Of a DNA stretch of 64,000 nt, positions 30,992 to 41,639 are shown one piece after another. The translations under genes and the position numbers were made by a program. How positions within the stretch are numbered: the first letter of the stretch is position 1; each line of letters opens with the position of its first letter. Source of the stretch: Moorena sp. SIOASIH (lineage in GTDB: Bacteria; Cyanobacteriota; Cyanobacteriia; Cyanobacteriales; Coleofasciculaceae); NCBI RefSeq assembly GCF_010671925.1, contig NZ_JAAHIH010000001.1, positions 677,053 to 741,052 of the forward strand, in the 5' to 3' direction. The notes beneath the pieces were generated by a model. That model did not search any database and was not told where the DNA came from. It saw only the letters and a list, made by a program, of their open reading frames with translations.

Positions 30992-31357
30992 TTACTCTTT
31001 TAAGTTCCCTTGACTGGGGTTTTGAGGCAAAGTAGACACCCTAGGGGTTCTACCGTATAGCCGGTCTAAAACCCGCTTAACCGAGATCCGTTTCCACTGC
31101 TGACCACGCTTGGTTGTATAGCCCTGTTGATTGAGCCAGTTAGCAATTTGTTGTAATGACTTGCCCGATTTATGGTGACGGCGAATTAACTCAATTACAT
31201 GCTGTTCTTGGGGATCATCCACCAACTCACCATTTAGGGCCCGTTGACCGAAGGCCGGTGAACCATAACCTGCATAGCCACCCATAGTTGCCTTCGCTTG
31301 TCTACCTTGGTTTAGCCTTTCGATCAGGCTATCCCATTCCAATTCCTCAGCAGCCAT
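30992..31357 (-). pseudogene. Remnant of a large serine recombinase (recombinase domain only; catalytic domain missing)
   Basis: 121 aa with the recombinase-domain signature GGYAGYG...LVDDPQEQHVIELIRRHHKSGKSLQQIANWLNQQGYTTKRGQQWKRISVKRVL. Only about 200 bp separates it from trxA, so there is no room for a catalytic domain. Confidence 0.45.
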
Positions 31358-31565
31358 AACTTAATGCATCAAGCAACTTCATACAACCATGGTAAACCAA
31401 ACTATAGCCTTAGCCATCCTGGTTATTACAGCTATTCAAACCGATTAACCGCCCCTCTTTTTAAGGGAAGATAACAGGGGTAACCATGTTGACTGTTGTT
31501 GACTGTTTACCGTTGATCGTTGACTATAAGTTTGTGGTAGTTTTGAAAAATTTAAGGAATATATC

Positions 31566-31886
31566 ATGAGTACAGTGGCTTACATCAAAGACAGTGAATT
31601 TGATTCAATTTTAACCTCTGAAGTACCAGTAGTCGTTGATTTTACAGCCCCTTGGTGTGGTCCATGTCGTAAAATTAGTCCTTTAATGGAACAACTTGCT
31701 GAAGAATACAAAGATCGCGTTCAGGTAGTAAAAATCGATATTGACGCCGACAAAGCTACTGCAAAAAAATACAGTATCCGCAGTATTCCTGCTGTGCTTA
31801 TTTTTAAGGGCGGTGAGCTGGTAGAAAATATTGTGGGAGTTGCTCCGTATGATAAATTTACTGACGCAATTGAAAAGCAACTTTAG
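31566..31886 (+). CDS. trxA: Thioredoxin
   Basis: 106 aa, WCGPC active site, Shine-Dalgarno aaggaa. Confidence 0.92.
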   Translation: MSTVAYIKDSEFDSILTSEVPVVVDFTAPWCGPCRKISPLMEQLAEEYKDRVQVVKIDIDADKATAKKYSIRSIPAVLIFKGGELVENIVGVAPYDKFTDAIEKQL

Positions 31887-31987
31887 GTTTAATTAAAAAC
31901 CGAAAAATTTTCCAAAATTTCTGTATTCTGAGTTTAATTCTGACTTATTTCCTTCAAGCAATGACCTGTAAATGAGGAGAATCGGCA

Positions 31988-32314
31988 ATGGAGACAACTC
32001 AATCAGTCCGATGTCCCAACTGTGGGAATATGGCTCAACGTCACTACTTAATCGGTTCTCAAGCATCACATTATGCTTGTGCTGGAGACCAGGTCACCAA
32101 AACTGAATGCCCAGTTTGTGACTATTTAATGGTGATGTGTTCTGTAAGCGGTAATGTGATTGAAGCTTACGCACCAGGTAGACAAGTTATGGCTAATTCC
32201 GGCAAATTTACCGAAGTAGTGCACAGAGAAAGTCCTGCTCTTATAGAAGTAGGGATGAATCGCCGCAACAGGTTAGTGGCTAGTAGGAAATATCAATTAA
32301 CTACTGTAGGCTAA
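31988..32314 (+). CDS. Hypothetical zinc-ribbon protein
   Basis: 108 aa, CPNCG...CPVCD, Shine-Dalgarno gaggag upstream. Confidence 0.5.
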   Translation: METTQSVRCPNCGNMAQRHYLIGSQASHYACAGDQVTKTECPVCDYLMVMCSVSGNVIEAYAPGRQVMANSGKFTEVVHRESPALIEVGMNRRNRLVASRKYQLTTVG

Positions 32315-32599
32315 AAAAAGATAGACTAAAAAAGAGCTGCTATCTCCTACTAAGTACCTTTACCAGCCATCCTTCGGGAGAAAGCCGTGGGGATGAAATT
32401 CATACCTCCATTGTTGATTCACCTCACTACCTGACAATTGTTTGTTGAGTTTTATAAAAAATCAGGACTTAGGCAAAACTGGGTACCAAAATATAGAAAA
32501 TTTCTAGAAAATATATAAGTAGTAGGATGTGTTATTAACGCACCTTAAAGAGACAGTTACTGCGTAAGTCCTGGAAATATTTTCACGGAGATAGTAATT

Positions 32600-33055
32600 A
32601 TGATGAAAGCTGAACAGATTATGACCACAGACGTAGTCACCATTAGCGGCTCAGCAACAATTGCTGAAGCTGTGAAGCTAATGAAGGATAAGGGACTGCG
32701 TGCTCTGATTGTGGAACGCCGCCATGATGATGACCCCTACGGAATTGTGACCGAGACAGACATAATCTACAAAGTAGCGGCCTACGGTAAAGACCCAAAG
32801 GAAATGCGTGTCTATGAGATTATGACCAAACCCTGTATTGTGGTGAATCCTGAGTTGGGTGTGGAATATGTAGCGCGATTGTTTGCCAATACCCGTACCC
32901 GTAGAGCTCCAGTCGTAAAGAGCAAATTACTGGGTATTATTTCCATCAGCGATATCCTTAAAAAGAGTGATTTCGTGGAGAAGCCAAAAAGCAATTTTGA
33001 GCTTTACTGCGAAGAAAATCCCAGCGCACTAGAGGCGCGGATTTATGATGATTAA
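32600..33055 (+). CDS. CBS-pair domain protein
   Basis: 151 aa with two CBS motifs. Confidence 0.75.
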   Translation: MMKAEQIMTTDVVTISGSATIAEAVKLMKDKGLRALIVERRHDDDPYGIVTETDIIYKVAAYGKDPKEMRVYEIMTKPCIVVNPELGVEYVARLFANTRTRRAPVVKSKLLGIISISDILKKSDFVEKPKSNFELYCEENPSALEARIYDD

Positions 33056-33408
33056 TCTAGGTTGAAGATTCAACTATAGCGGTTCTTATATTAATGAGGT
33101 ACACAGGATTTTTTACCTATTCACTATTCTCTGTACCGAAGTTCACTAAAATCAAAAACTTGTGTACCTCAACTATTTGATAAATGCTATAATGTTAGTG
33201 AAATTAAACGAATATTATTCAAATATAGAGACTTGTTAGGCTAGATATCTACAGACGTAAATAGACAATATTTTTTTGGTGGTAATAAGTATGTGATGGA
33301 TAATCGTTAAATAATTATTAATTAATAATTACCAATTATCCATTACCAGAGAAAAACTATGATGATTAGTCAACCAGATTTGATCTGATTAACTAAAAGG
33401 TGGTTTGA

Positions 33409-35283
33409 CTATCGAGTATACTGCTGAATTTTGGCTTGAGCTCTGGGATAGGCGGAGGTACCTTCAGGAATTTGTTTCAAATAATCCAAAGCCTTAGTGT
33501 AGTTGTTCAAAACAGCTTGATTATCAGCCATCTTTAAGAGATAGTTAGCCCTAATTTCCTGCTTAGCGGTATAGTCAACAATTTTTTCCTGAGCCTTAGG
33601 ATAGGCATCGGTATGTTTAGGAACTTTTTTCAAATATACCAATGCACCGGTAAAGTCTTGCTGAGCGGCTCGATTGTAAGCCTGCTGAAGAAGAAAGTTC
33701 GCTTTGATGTTTCGCTTTTGAGTGTACTCAGGAACTTTTTCTTGAATTGTAGCGTAGGCTTTTGTTCCCTTTGGGATTTGTTTAAATGTGTTGAGTGCAC
33801 CGGTAAAGTCTCTCTCGATAGCCTGCTTATAAGCTTGCTCTAGTAACTGGTAAGCTTCCTGCTCAAGATTGGCTTGAGCTTGGCTGACCATAGGTTCTAT
33901 TTGCTGTTGCCAGAAGACAATATTAGGAATCTGGCTAGCCTGCTCAACTACCTCTAGCCACTTCTGTTGGTCAAAGGCGGTTTTGATCAGGGGGAATAGG
34001 GCTTTGGCATCTTGCCAATCTTTTTTCCACTGAGCGATCGCATTTTGAGCATCCTGATAGTCTTCACTATCTTCCGGAATCGATTTTACCAGGTTCAGTG
34101 CTGCTTCTAAATCTCCTTCCTGGTACTTTTGCTCAGCCTGTGCTAGCTTAGTTTCTGCCTGGTTGGGAGTCTTGAGTAAAAAGTAGCCTCCAGCTACGAC
34201 TAGTAAGGCTAGATATGTGGAAACTCCGATTGCGGTGAGATTAAGTCCACTAGCCCTTCTTTTAGGAATAGTAGGCACATAGGGAAAATCAGTTTCCTCT
34301 GTTTCCTCTGTTTCCTCTGTTTCCTCGGTTTGAAGAGTCTCTGGTTCAATTGGCTCAAGCAGAGTATCGTCAGTTTTTTCTTTGTAGGGGTTTGGGGATG
34401 TTGGTGGTGCTGGGGACATTGGTAAGTTTATAGATGGTTTAGAACTAGTTAAGGAATGGAGTGCCTCCAAAACCTGATCAGCAGACTGGTAACGGTCTTT
34501 GAAGTAATAGCGCACCATCTGCTGAATAATGGCAGCGAAATCTTTAGTGACTGTGGCGTAGTCCTGCCAAAGGGCTTCTCCGGTTAATGGGTCTTCTTCT
34601 AGCTGTATGGGTTTGAGTCCTGTGAGTGCCTCAATGCCAATCATCCCTACAGCATATAGGTCACTACAGGGACGAGGTTTACCCAGAACCTGCTCTGTTG
34701 GTATATACCCGAATGCTCCCAAAGCCGCTATGGCACTAAATTGAACACCAACTAATGGTGTCCGCACCTGCTTAATACCGCTAAAGTCAGTTAAAACTAA
34801 TTTGCTATCTTCTGATCGTCTGATCAGATTGTCTGGCTTGATATCACCATGAATCACCCCTTGGCGATGGACAAATGCCAAAATTTCTAAAACCTCTTGT
34901 AGCAGATTGATTACTCTGCTTTCAGTCCAAGGTTGATTGAGTTCCTCACTCAGGGGTCGTCCAGGGATGAAATCTTGAACTATGTAGAAGCTATGGTCAA
35001 TTTCTAGGCAATCTAAAATTTTGCCAACTTGGTCATGCTGACAGATAATCTCCAAAATTTTAGTTTCACGACGAAATATATCTTTTGCAGCTTGCCAGCA
35101 GTCAGGGTCATCACTAACAGGACGGAATTGTCTAACAATACATTGGGGATTTCCCGGTCGGTAAGTGTCTAGCGCAATATAAGTTTGACCCCAGCTCACA
35201 CTTTTAAGGATGTCAATAACTTGATAACGTCCATTGATTAACTGTTCTGGTCCTGCCCCTGGGCTAAACGCTAGTCTAGACAT
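33409..35283 (-). CDS. Hanks-type Ser/Thr protein kinase with a C-terminal repeat region
   Basis: 624 aa. HRQGVIHGDIKPDNLI catalytic loop, DFS motif, a TM segment (AIGVSTYLALLVVAGGYFLL), then about 3 repeats of a ~45-aa module (YxKALxYLKQIPxGTxAYPxAQxKIxxYT). Confidence 0.85.
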   Translation of the reverse strand: MSRLAFSPGAGPEQLINGRYQVIDILKSVSWGQTYIALDTYRPGNPQCIVRQFRPVSDDPDCWQAAKDIFRRETKILEIICQHDQVGKILDCLEIDHSFYIVQDFIPGRPLSEELNQPWTESRVINLLQEVLEILAFVHRQGVIHGDIKPDNLIRRSEDSKLVLTDFSGIKQVRTPLVGVQFSAIAALGAFGYIPTEQVLGKPRPCSDLYAVGMIGIEALTGLKPIQLEEDPLTGEALWQDYATVTKDFAAIIQQMVRYYFKDRYQSADQVLEALHSLTSSKPSINLPMSPAPPTSPNPYKEKTDDTLLEPIEPETLQTEETEETEETEETDFPYVPTIPKRRASGLNLTAIGVSTYLALLVVAGGYFLLKTPNQAETKLAQAEQKYQEGDLEAALNLVKSIPEDSEDYQDAQNAIAQWKKDWQDAKALFPLIKTAFDQQKWLEVVEQASQIPNIVFWQQQIEPMVSQAQANLEQEAYQLLEQAYKQAIERDFTGALNTFKQIPKGTKAYATIQEKVPEYTQKRNIKANFLLQQAYNRAAQQDFTGALVYLKKVPKHTDAYPKAQEKIVDYTAKQEIRANYLLKMADNQAVLNNYTKALDYLKQIPEGTSAYPRAQAKIQQYTR

Positions 35284-35750
35284 ACGCTTCTTACTAACCG
35301 CTTACGTTGATGTTTCCTGTGAAAGTGTTCATGGTGCTTCACAGCAAGGAGAGGAATAGGCCGAAGGTGCCGAAGAATGGAACAATGGAAGAATAAAGTA
35401 TTTCTGATCTCCGTGATCTGAGCTATTTCCCCTATCTGCCCGTCAGACTAGATACTATTGAGCAGATTAAACAGCCCTAAGGGGGGACAGAGAGTAGAGA
35501 CGGTAGAATTTGCCACCGGTGCGCTTTCCGTGATGGCGAGGGATTGCTCGCCATCACGGGTCGCACCGCATAGTTTCAGATCAGCCATCACGAATACCTC
35601 AGTACCGTTAGACACTCCTCAAGGAAAGTTACACTTAATCTATTCTTCAGGCACCAAATGCTCGATCCGGAACCTAAGAAACACTGCTGTGCAAAGGGGT
35701 GATCGGATAATAGGATAATGGGATAATGGGGTGATATGTAGTATTCTTTT

Positions 35751-36761
35751 TTGGATTTCATATTACTGTTGGTCCTTTTGCCTTTATGCTGGAGAAGGGG
35801 CGATAGTAACACAAGCATGACCATTCATCAAAAACAATCAATCCAAATTGCCGTTGTTGGGGACATTCATCAACTGTGGGAAGCGGAAGATGCTATAGCT
35901 CTTGAGCAGTTGGGTGTGGATCTGGTCTTATTTGTCGGGGATTTCGGCAATGAGGCGGTGGATATAGTCCAGATGATTGCTGCTATTGACCTACCCAAGG
36001 CAGTGATTATGGGAAACCATGATGCTTGGTATACTGCCTCGGAATGGGGGAGGAAAAAGTGTCCTTATGACCATGAAGTAGAAGATAGGGTACAGCAACA
36101 GTTGGACCTACTGGGGTCAACCCATGTGGGTTATGGTTACCTTGACTTCCCAGATTTGAATCTCTCTGTAGTTGGTGCTCGCCCTTACAGTTGGGGCGGG
36201 CAGACTTGGCGAAATAAGAAGTTTTACAGGCAACAGTATGGGATTAATAGCTTTTCTGAATCCGTTGAGCGCATTGTAGCAGCAGCGGGTAGTGCGGCTT
36301 ACGAAACGGTAATCTTGATCGGTCATAATGGTCCGACGGGACTAGGTGATCAAGCAGAAGCTCCCTGTGGTAAAGACTGGTATCCTGCTGGTGGTGATCA
36401 TGGGGACCCGGATTTGGAAGATGCGATCGCAAAAACCTATGCCTTGGGTAAAAACATTCCCTTAGTCACCTTTGGTCATATGCACCACATCCTAAAGCAC
36501 ACCAAAGACCGACTACGAACCATGATTGTTACTAGTCCGGAAGGGACTGTATACTTAAATGCAGCTAGTGTCCCTCGAATTATCCAAACCGATACAGACC
36601 GATTGCGGAATTTTTCGATAGTGTCTCTCAAAGGCGGTATAGTGGATCAAGTCTCCCTGGTCTGGGTGGGTAAGGATTACTCAGTAGTATCTGAAGAATT
36701 ACTTTACCAAAAATTTTGGTCTAAAGCCCCGTCCTTACAGGACGGGTTTGTGTTAAGATAA
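35751..36761 (+). CDS. Calcineurin-like metallophosphoesterase
   Basis: GDIH, GDFG and GNHD motifs. The likely true start is MTIHQ at about 35817. Confidence 0.75.
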   Translation: MDFILLLVLLPLCWRRGDSNTSMTIHQKQSIQIAVVGDIHQLWEAEDAIALEQLGVDLVLFVGDFGNEAVDIVQMIAAIDLPKAVIMGNHDAWYTASEWGRKKCPYDHEVEDRVQQQLDLLGSTHVGYGYLDFPDLNLSVVGARPYSWGGQTWRNKKFYRQQYGINSFSESVERIVAAAGSAAYETVILIGHNGPTGLGDQAEAPCGKDWYPAGGDHGDPDLEDAIAKTYALGKNIPLVTFGHMHHILKHTKDRLRTMIVTSPEGTVYLNAASVPRIIQTDTDRLRNFSIVSLKGGIVDQVSLVWVGKDYSVVSEELLYQKFWSKAPSLQDGFVLR

Positions 36762-37190
36762 AGACATAACGAAAAAATATTCTAGATAAACAGGATCTTG
36801 AATAAGTAGACAGTGTAAAAAACCTGTTTTGAGATAATCAGGTTGCACAATCAAGTCTAACGATTTGGGAGTCTATGAAGGTCTAAGATCCCAAAAAAAT
36901 GTTTATCTAAATTTGTTAATTAGTTTAGGTACGGTGGGGCACACCGAAACCTAGGTCATAGACCAAATACGCTTGGGTCGAGGAGACCTCTATTTTTCCT
37001 GGCTTCGGCCTGGTTAAACAAGTCCCCCCGTTGTTCGCGTAGCGTGGCCATAGGCCAAGCAAGAATCCCCGTCCTTCCAGGGCGGGGAGTGTCAACAGGC
37101 TTCTGAAGCGTTGCTGGTATAAAACAAAGTTTTTAACTGGCTAGAAATAGTCGCCATCCGAGCCCACGGATTGTTAATATAGATTTGCCT

Positions 37191-37275
37191 GGAGAGGTGG
37201 CAGAGTGGTCGATTGCACTCGACTTGAAATCGAGCGAGCCGAAAGGCTCCGGGAGTTCGAATCTCCCCCTCTCCG
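37191..37275 (+). tRNA. tRNA-Ser (anticodon UGA)
   Basis: Cloverleaf: acceptor GGAGAGG/CCTCTCC, anticodon loop CTTGAAA, long variable arm GAGCCGAAAGGCTC, T-arm GGGAGTTCGAATCTCCC. CCA is not encoded. Confidence 0.9.
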
Positions 37276-37307
37276 TTTTATAGTTTATATTTGTTCACAG
37301 TTGAGAC

Positions 37308-37342
37308 TTGAGGGTTGACGGTCAACCCTCAAATTTTTTTTC
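37308..37342 (+). terminator. Rho-independent terminator after tRNA-Ser
   Basis: Perfect 10-bp stem gagggttgac/gtcaaccctc followed by tttttttt. Confidence 0.7.
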
Positions 37343-37387
37343 TTGATGCAAAGGGCGAGTCAGAAAGTAGGTTTAAGTTGATGTAGT

Positions 37388-37605
37388 TGATGTAGGGTGG
37401 GCAGTGGATCAGACAGATAATCAAGCTTGCAAAGCACGTTGGTAGGCACTGCCCACCCTAAGATTGATGACAATGGTGCAAGTACTCAGTTGATGTAGGG
37501 TGGGCAGTGGATCAGACAGATAATCAAGCTTGCAAAGCACGTTGGTAGGCACTGCCCACCCTACGATTCTACGATTCATGATAATGGTGCAAGATCTCAG
37601 TTTAA
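37388..37605. repeat. Two tandem copies of a ~100-bp palindromic element (GTAGGGTGGGCAGTG ... CACTGCCCACCCTAC)
   Basis: 15-bp perfect inverted repeats around a ~40-nt loop. A third copy lies at 43001-43104. Confidence 0.8.
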
Positions 37606-37611
37606 GTAGGT

Positions 37612-38166
37612 TTAGTTTCCTCCATTGCCGATAAATCCCAGGACTAGGCTGTCCGGAGCAAGGAAATGACTCAAGTGATAAGCTCGCTCTTCAGTTTTGA
37701 GCAAGATTTTCTCATAGAGATAGCGGGTGCCACGATCGCCCAGGCTTTCTGCTTGAGCGGCTTGACTGCGTACTAACTGAATGATTGACTGCTCAGCTGC
37801 CAAGTCATGCTCTACCATCTGGCGAGAGTTGTAAACTCCATCAGATTCAGGAGTGAAGCAGCACAATTCAGCTAATTTGGTAAAACTAGCGGCTGGAATT
37901 CCTCCTAGTCCATTCAAACGCTCTCCTAAGTCATGGACATGATCCTCAGCATCCTCGTAGCTTTCTTCAAAGAATTTATGCAAGGAGTAAAATTCTGCTC
38001 CTTCCACAACAAAGTGGTGCTTTTGATATTGCAGGTACAACCCTTGGAAGCTGGCTAAAGCAATGTTTAATCCTTCACAAACAGGGGTGGTAACGTTTTT
38101 TTCCAGCAAAATTGGATTGTCAGCAATTTCACCAAAGGAGCGTAGTAGACCCTGAGTTGTAGACAT
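37612..38166 (-). CDS. Dps-family ferritin-like protein
   Basis: 184 aa, ferritin-like four-helix pattern ([35 protein letters not shown]). Confidence 0.8.
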   Translation of the reverse strand: MSTTQGLLRSFGEIADNPILLEKNVTTPVCEGLNIALASFQGLYLQYQKHHFVVEGAEFYSLHKFFEESYEDAEDHVHDLGERLNGLGGIPAASFTKLAELCCFTPESDGVYNSRQMVEHDLAAEQSIIQLVRSQAAQAESLGDRGTRYLYEKILLKTEERAYHLSHFLAPDSLVLGFIGNGGN

Positions 38167-38480
38167 AATAGTGTTCTCCTCTTGTTCTCATTAAGTGTGG
38201 CTTATTGCCAAGCCTTTAAGTAGGCTAACACATATCATCTTATTTAATCTAGACTCCCAAATGTCGCTAATAACACAATTTTTAACTTTTTAAGAAGCTC
38301 TATTGACGATTATTTGTGATAGATTAGTTGAGAGAGATTTTCTATTAGTCACGACTCCGTGAACTGGATTGGTTTTGGCAAAATCTGCTTAAACCCAGCA
38401 CATTATAAAGATTAAGTCCACAAAAATGGCAATTTTTAAGGTTGATTAAAGAAAAACAGTTTTCCTAGAGGTAAATAACT

Positions 38481-39038
38481 ATGTCTAAGTTGAAACAGCC
38501 AGTCTCAGAGTTTAGTGTAGTAGGACAGTTATTAGACTTTGTCATTAAGGATGGCTATAAAATCAAGTACTTAAGAATTACTGTTTCAGATATCGAATAT
38601 TGGATTAAGTTATCTAAACCTCTCAGAAAGAGCTTGGATCCAGCCATTATCCCTGGGGCATGGATTGAGGTGAGTGGCACCAGCAAACTAAAGCTCAAAA
38701 CTGGAAAACTGAAACTGAAAGCCTATGAGGTGAGCCTTGCTGCTCCCCCCCACCACCAGCCAACAACTGTTTTGGGAACCAAAACTCCCAGCCGGAAAGC
38801 GAGTATTTTAGTTTGTCAGAAATCCAGTTGTCGGAAACGCGGGGGTCAAGCGGTCTGTAATGCGATCGCATCGAGTTTAAAGGACCATGGCTTAGAAGAC
38901 CAAGTCAAGATTAAAGAAACTGGCTGCCTCAAACAGTGCAAACATGGCCCCAACCTGGTGATGATGCCAGACAAAGCTCGCTACAGCCAAGTGGCTCCCC
39001 AGCAAATTCCGACCCTGATCGAACGACACTTTGTGTGA
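38481..39038 (+). CDS. Thioredoxin-like [2Fe-2S] ferredoxin domain protein
   Basis: 185 aa. The C-terminal domain has the CxxxxC...CxxxC ligand pattern (CQKSSC...CLKQC). Confidence 0.6.
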   Translation: MSKLKQPVSEFSVVGQLLDFVIKDGYKIKYLRITVSDIEYWIKLSKPLRKSLDPAIIPGAWIEVSGTSKLKLKTGKLKLKAYEVSLAAPPHHQPTTVLGTKTPSRKASILVCQKSSCRKRGGQAVCNAIASSLKDHGLEDQVKIKETGCLKQCKHGPNLVMMPDKARYSQVAPQQIPTLIERHFV

Positions 39039-39101
39039 CATACTCCCACACTGATGCACACATTGACTGCTAACGCAGTACAGTTGGGCGACCGGGGAGT
39101 G

Positions 39102-40397
39102 TCAAATTTTTCGATAAATATCTTCTGAGTTAGCGTTCAAGTAGGGACGCCGCAACTCAATCCCAAACTGAGAAAACTGTTGTTGTATAGAGTTCATCCG
39201 ACCTTCGGGAGAATCGTTACCGTTTTGCCAAACTTCTAGTAAGCCATTAGCAACCATTTGCCAACGGTTCATCCCGAAACTTTCTTCAGCCGTAAATTTA
39301 TGGACTGGTTCCTCTGAGAGAGCCAGTCCTGGTGCTAGCTGCTTGGTAAATAGAGGTACTTCCATCTCAAAATGGGATTGGTGTTGAGCATAAACACTCT
39401 CAAGGATGGGATGGACTGTGTCATAATTGCTCTTCTCAAAGCAGAGAACCCCTGAATCGTAGCGGTCGTAGTTAGCGGGGTCATCTACCACCTTAAAGGT
39501 AAAGGGAATGGTAATTTCATTAAGTTGCTCGGTGATCCCTCTCATCACAGCAACTGCACCTTCGGGACTGAGATTAAAATAGACGTTCACTATCTGGTTG
39601 TCACGATCTCCAATCTTCTGATTGACTGGACCAGCATTGACTGAACCAGCATTACCAACTGCGACATAGAATCCGTGTTCAACTAGATTAGGAGGCATTC
39701 GGATAGTGACTAAGCTACCGACAGTAGCAGATTGAGCCGCTGGTGGTAAGTAATACTGAGGTCTGATGTGCAAGGTCAGACCATTCTTGTGTACAGCCAA
39801 CTTGCCATCACTCTCCTCCCTGATTACCAACCAACCTGGTTCAAAGTAACCAGTCCCAGTATTATTTTCGTACAGCTGCTGGTAAAACTCCAGGTTCAGC
39901 CCCATCACAGTATTGTTTTCTAAATTTGGGTGAAGCGGTAACTCAGTTGAATTGGCTTCGGCTGATTCTGTGGCTTTATCCAAACCGTTGTCATAGATGT
40001 CGTACAGAAAACTGAGCAGTTGCAGGCTCAGATACTTATTCTGGATCTCCACAGGTAGTTGCTGAACCCGGTCTAGCATCTCAGCTGAAAGTTCCAGAGG
40101 TTTGTAATCTGGATGACTAATACAGAAGTTAGGTTGAATCTGAAGGTTGCTAACGATGTCTTCTAGAATATCCAGCTCTCGCGCAACAGCAGAATCAGGA
40201 GAAGAATCAGGTAGTTGATTTCGCAGAGAATTTAGTAATGGCATCATGAACCAGTTGGGACTCAAAATACTCAGACCAATTGTCGTGTCGGCCTGCAACA
40301 AATTTTTCCTTCCTTTTGTAGGACTTACGACGTTTAGTTGGTTTTGCCCCCCTAACCCCCCAAATCTGGGGGGGACAAAGTCACGAAAGTCCCCCAA
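39102..40397 (-). CDS. Hypothetical protein partnered with the downstream kinase-like gene; family not assignable from sequence alone
   Basis: 431-aa ORF. The first ~50 codons run through a STRR-like repeat, so the true start is probably MMPLL at about 40247. Lies 14 bp downstream of the kinase-like gene on the same strand. Confidence 0.45.
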   Translation of the reverse strand: MGDFRDFVPPRFGGLGGQNQLNVVSPTKGRKNLLQADTTIGLSILSPNWFMMPLLNSLRNQLPDSSPDSAVARELDILEDIVSNLQIQPNFCISHPDYKPLELSAEMLDRVQQLPVEIQNKYLSLQLLSFLYDIYDNGLDKATESAEANSTELPLHPNLENNTVMGLNLEFYQQLYENNTGTGYFEPGWLVIREESDGKLAVHKNGLTLHIRPQYYLPPAAQSATVGSLVTIRMPPNLVEHGFYVAVGNAGSVNAGPVNQKIGDRDNQIVNVYFNLSPEGAVAVMRGITEQLNEITIPFTFKVVDDPANYDRYDSGVLCFEKSNYDTVHPILESVYAQHQSHFEMEVPLFTKQLAPGLALSEEPVHKFTAEESFGMNRWQMVANGLLEVWQNGNDSPEGRMNSIQQQFSQFGIELRRPYLNANSEDIYRKI

Positions 40398-40411
40398 TTA
40401 GAGAAAGGGGA

Positions 40412-41602
40412 TTAGGCGGGAATCGGGCTAAGACCAGTTAATTGAGAGGCTGTTGTCCCAAAAACAATGGGGATTGAATCGTCCGGATTGCATAACAAAC
40501 GCTTAGCCACCTGAACCATACAGACTCCTGTGTTACCAAAGATTTCCCGGTACTCGATCCTTGTCTGAATTTTTTCAATCAAGATAAAACCAGTAAATTG
40601 TATCACTCGTTTCAAAAAATCAGGACTACGCTGAAGTATTTCTGGAAAGTAATCAAAATAAGCGTTAGTTAGAGCAACAAGGCTTGGTTGAATTACCTCA
40701 AGGGGAATTTTAGCTAAGCGTAAAGCAGTTTGAACATCAATACTTCTGTTAACCGTTAAGCTACTTAGCCAAATGGTTAGGTAGTTAGCAATAATCGTAG
40801 CTAAATCAAATGCTGGATCTGACCAAGTGAACCTCTCCCAATCAATCATTCGCAGGATATTTGTACCTTCAGGCTGGTGGTTTGAGAGGGTTTGCTCCCA
40901 CTCAAGCTGGACTAAAACGTTGCTGAGCTTAAGGTCATTGTGGGTCAAACAGCAAGGCTGCCAAGCTCTGTTAAGTTCTGCGATCGCTTGCCCTATGCTC
41001 TCATGGCGCTGATAAAGTTTAAAGAATTCAATCCCATCTGCACAAAATATCGCAAAAATTTCTGGTCCAATTCCTTCTAGCCCATGAAGCAAGTTAGGGG
41101 CTTTGTCAAGGAACTCTTTTCCATGGGAGGCAAAGAAGTTTTTATATTCGTGACGGTCTAGAGTGGTGCGATGGATTGTAGCAATACTAGCTCCGAGCTG
41201 GGCTGCGATCCCAGTGGGAAAAACCTCCTTTTGATCATAAAAATCTGTTAAGTCGCAATAGTCATTGAGATAGTTAAAAACAATAATAGAGCAACTGGGA
41301 TCAAAATGAATTGGCTCCGATATTAGGGGACGAATGGGGCTCAGTTCTGGAAATTTTTGTAAAAATTCCTGAATTCGCCATTCGTTATGCAACTCACCTA
41401 AGGTGTTTCCTTCTCGATTATGAGGCTCTTGTTTAACCAAAAGATGGCGACCATTGGAAAAACTGACTAGCAAATTAAAGTTTTTACAGGATATTGGTTT
41501 AATCTGGATTTTATCTTGATATGTTGGCTTACAAAGCCCCTGTTCAACTAGATAATCTAAAACGTTTTGAGAGCTTAATAAAAATGTCATTATAATTCTC
41601 AA
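40412..41602 (-). CDS. Kinase-like (APH/phosphotransferase-fold) protein
   Basis: 396 aa. Catalytic loop HNDLKLSNVLV and IDWE motif typical of the aminoglycoside-phosphotransferase / protein-kinase-like fold. Confidence 0.65.
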   Translation of the reverse strand: MRIIMTFLLSSQNVLDYLVEQGLCKPTYQDKIQIKPISCKNFNLLVSFSNGRHLLVKQEPHNREGNTLGELHNEWRIQEFLQKFPELSPIRPLISEPIHFDPSCSIIVFNYLNDYCDLTDFYDQKEVFPTGIAAQLGASIATIHRTTLDRHEYKNFFASHGKEFLDKAPNLLHGLEGIGPEIFAIFCADGIEFFKLYQRHESIGQAIAELNRAWQPCCLTHNDLKLSNVLVQLEWEQTLSNHQPEGTNILRMIDWERFTWSDPAFDLATIIANYLTIWLSSLTVNRSIDVQTALRLAKIPLEVIQPSLVALTNAYFDYFPEILQRSPDFLKRVIQFTGFILIEKIQTRIEYREIFGNTGVCMVQVAKRLLCNPDDSIPIVFGTTASQLTGLSPIPA

Positions 41603-41639
41603 TATTACCGGGTGCTAAACCCAGTAATAGCCTCAACTA

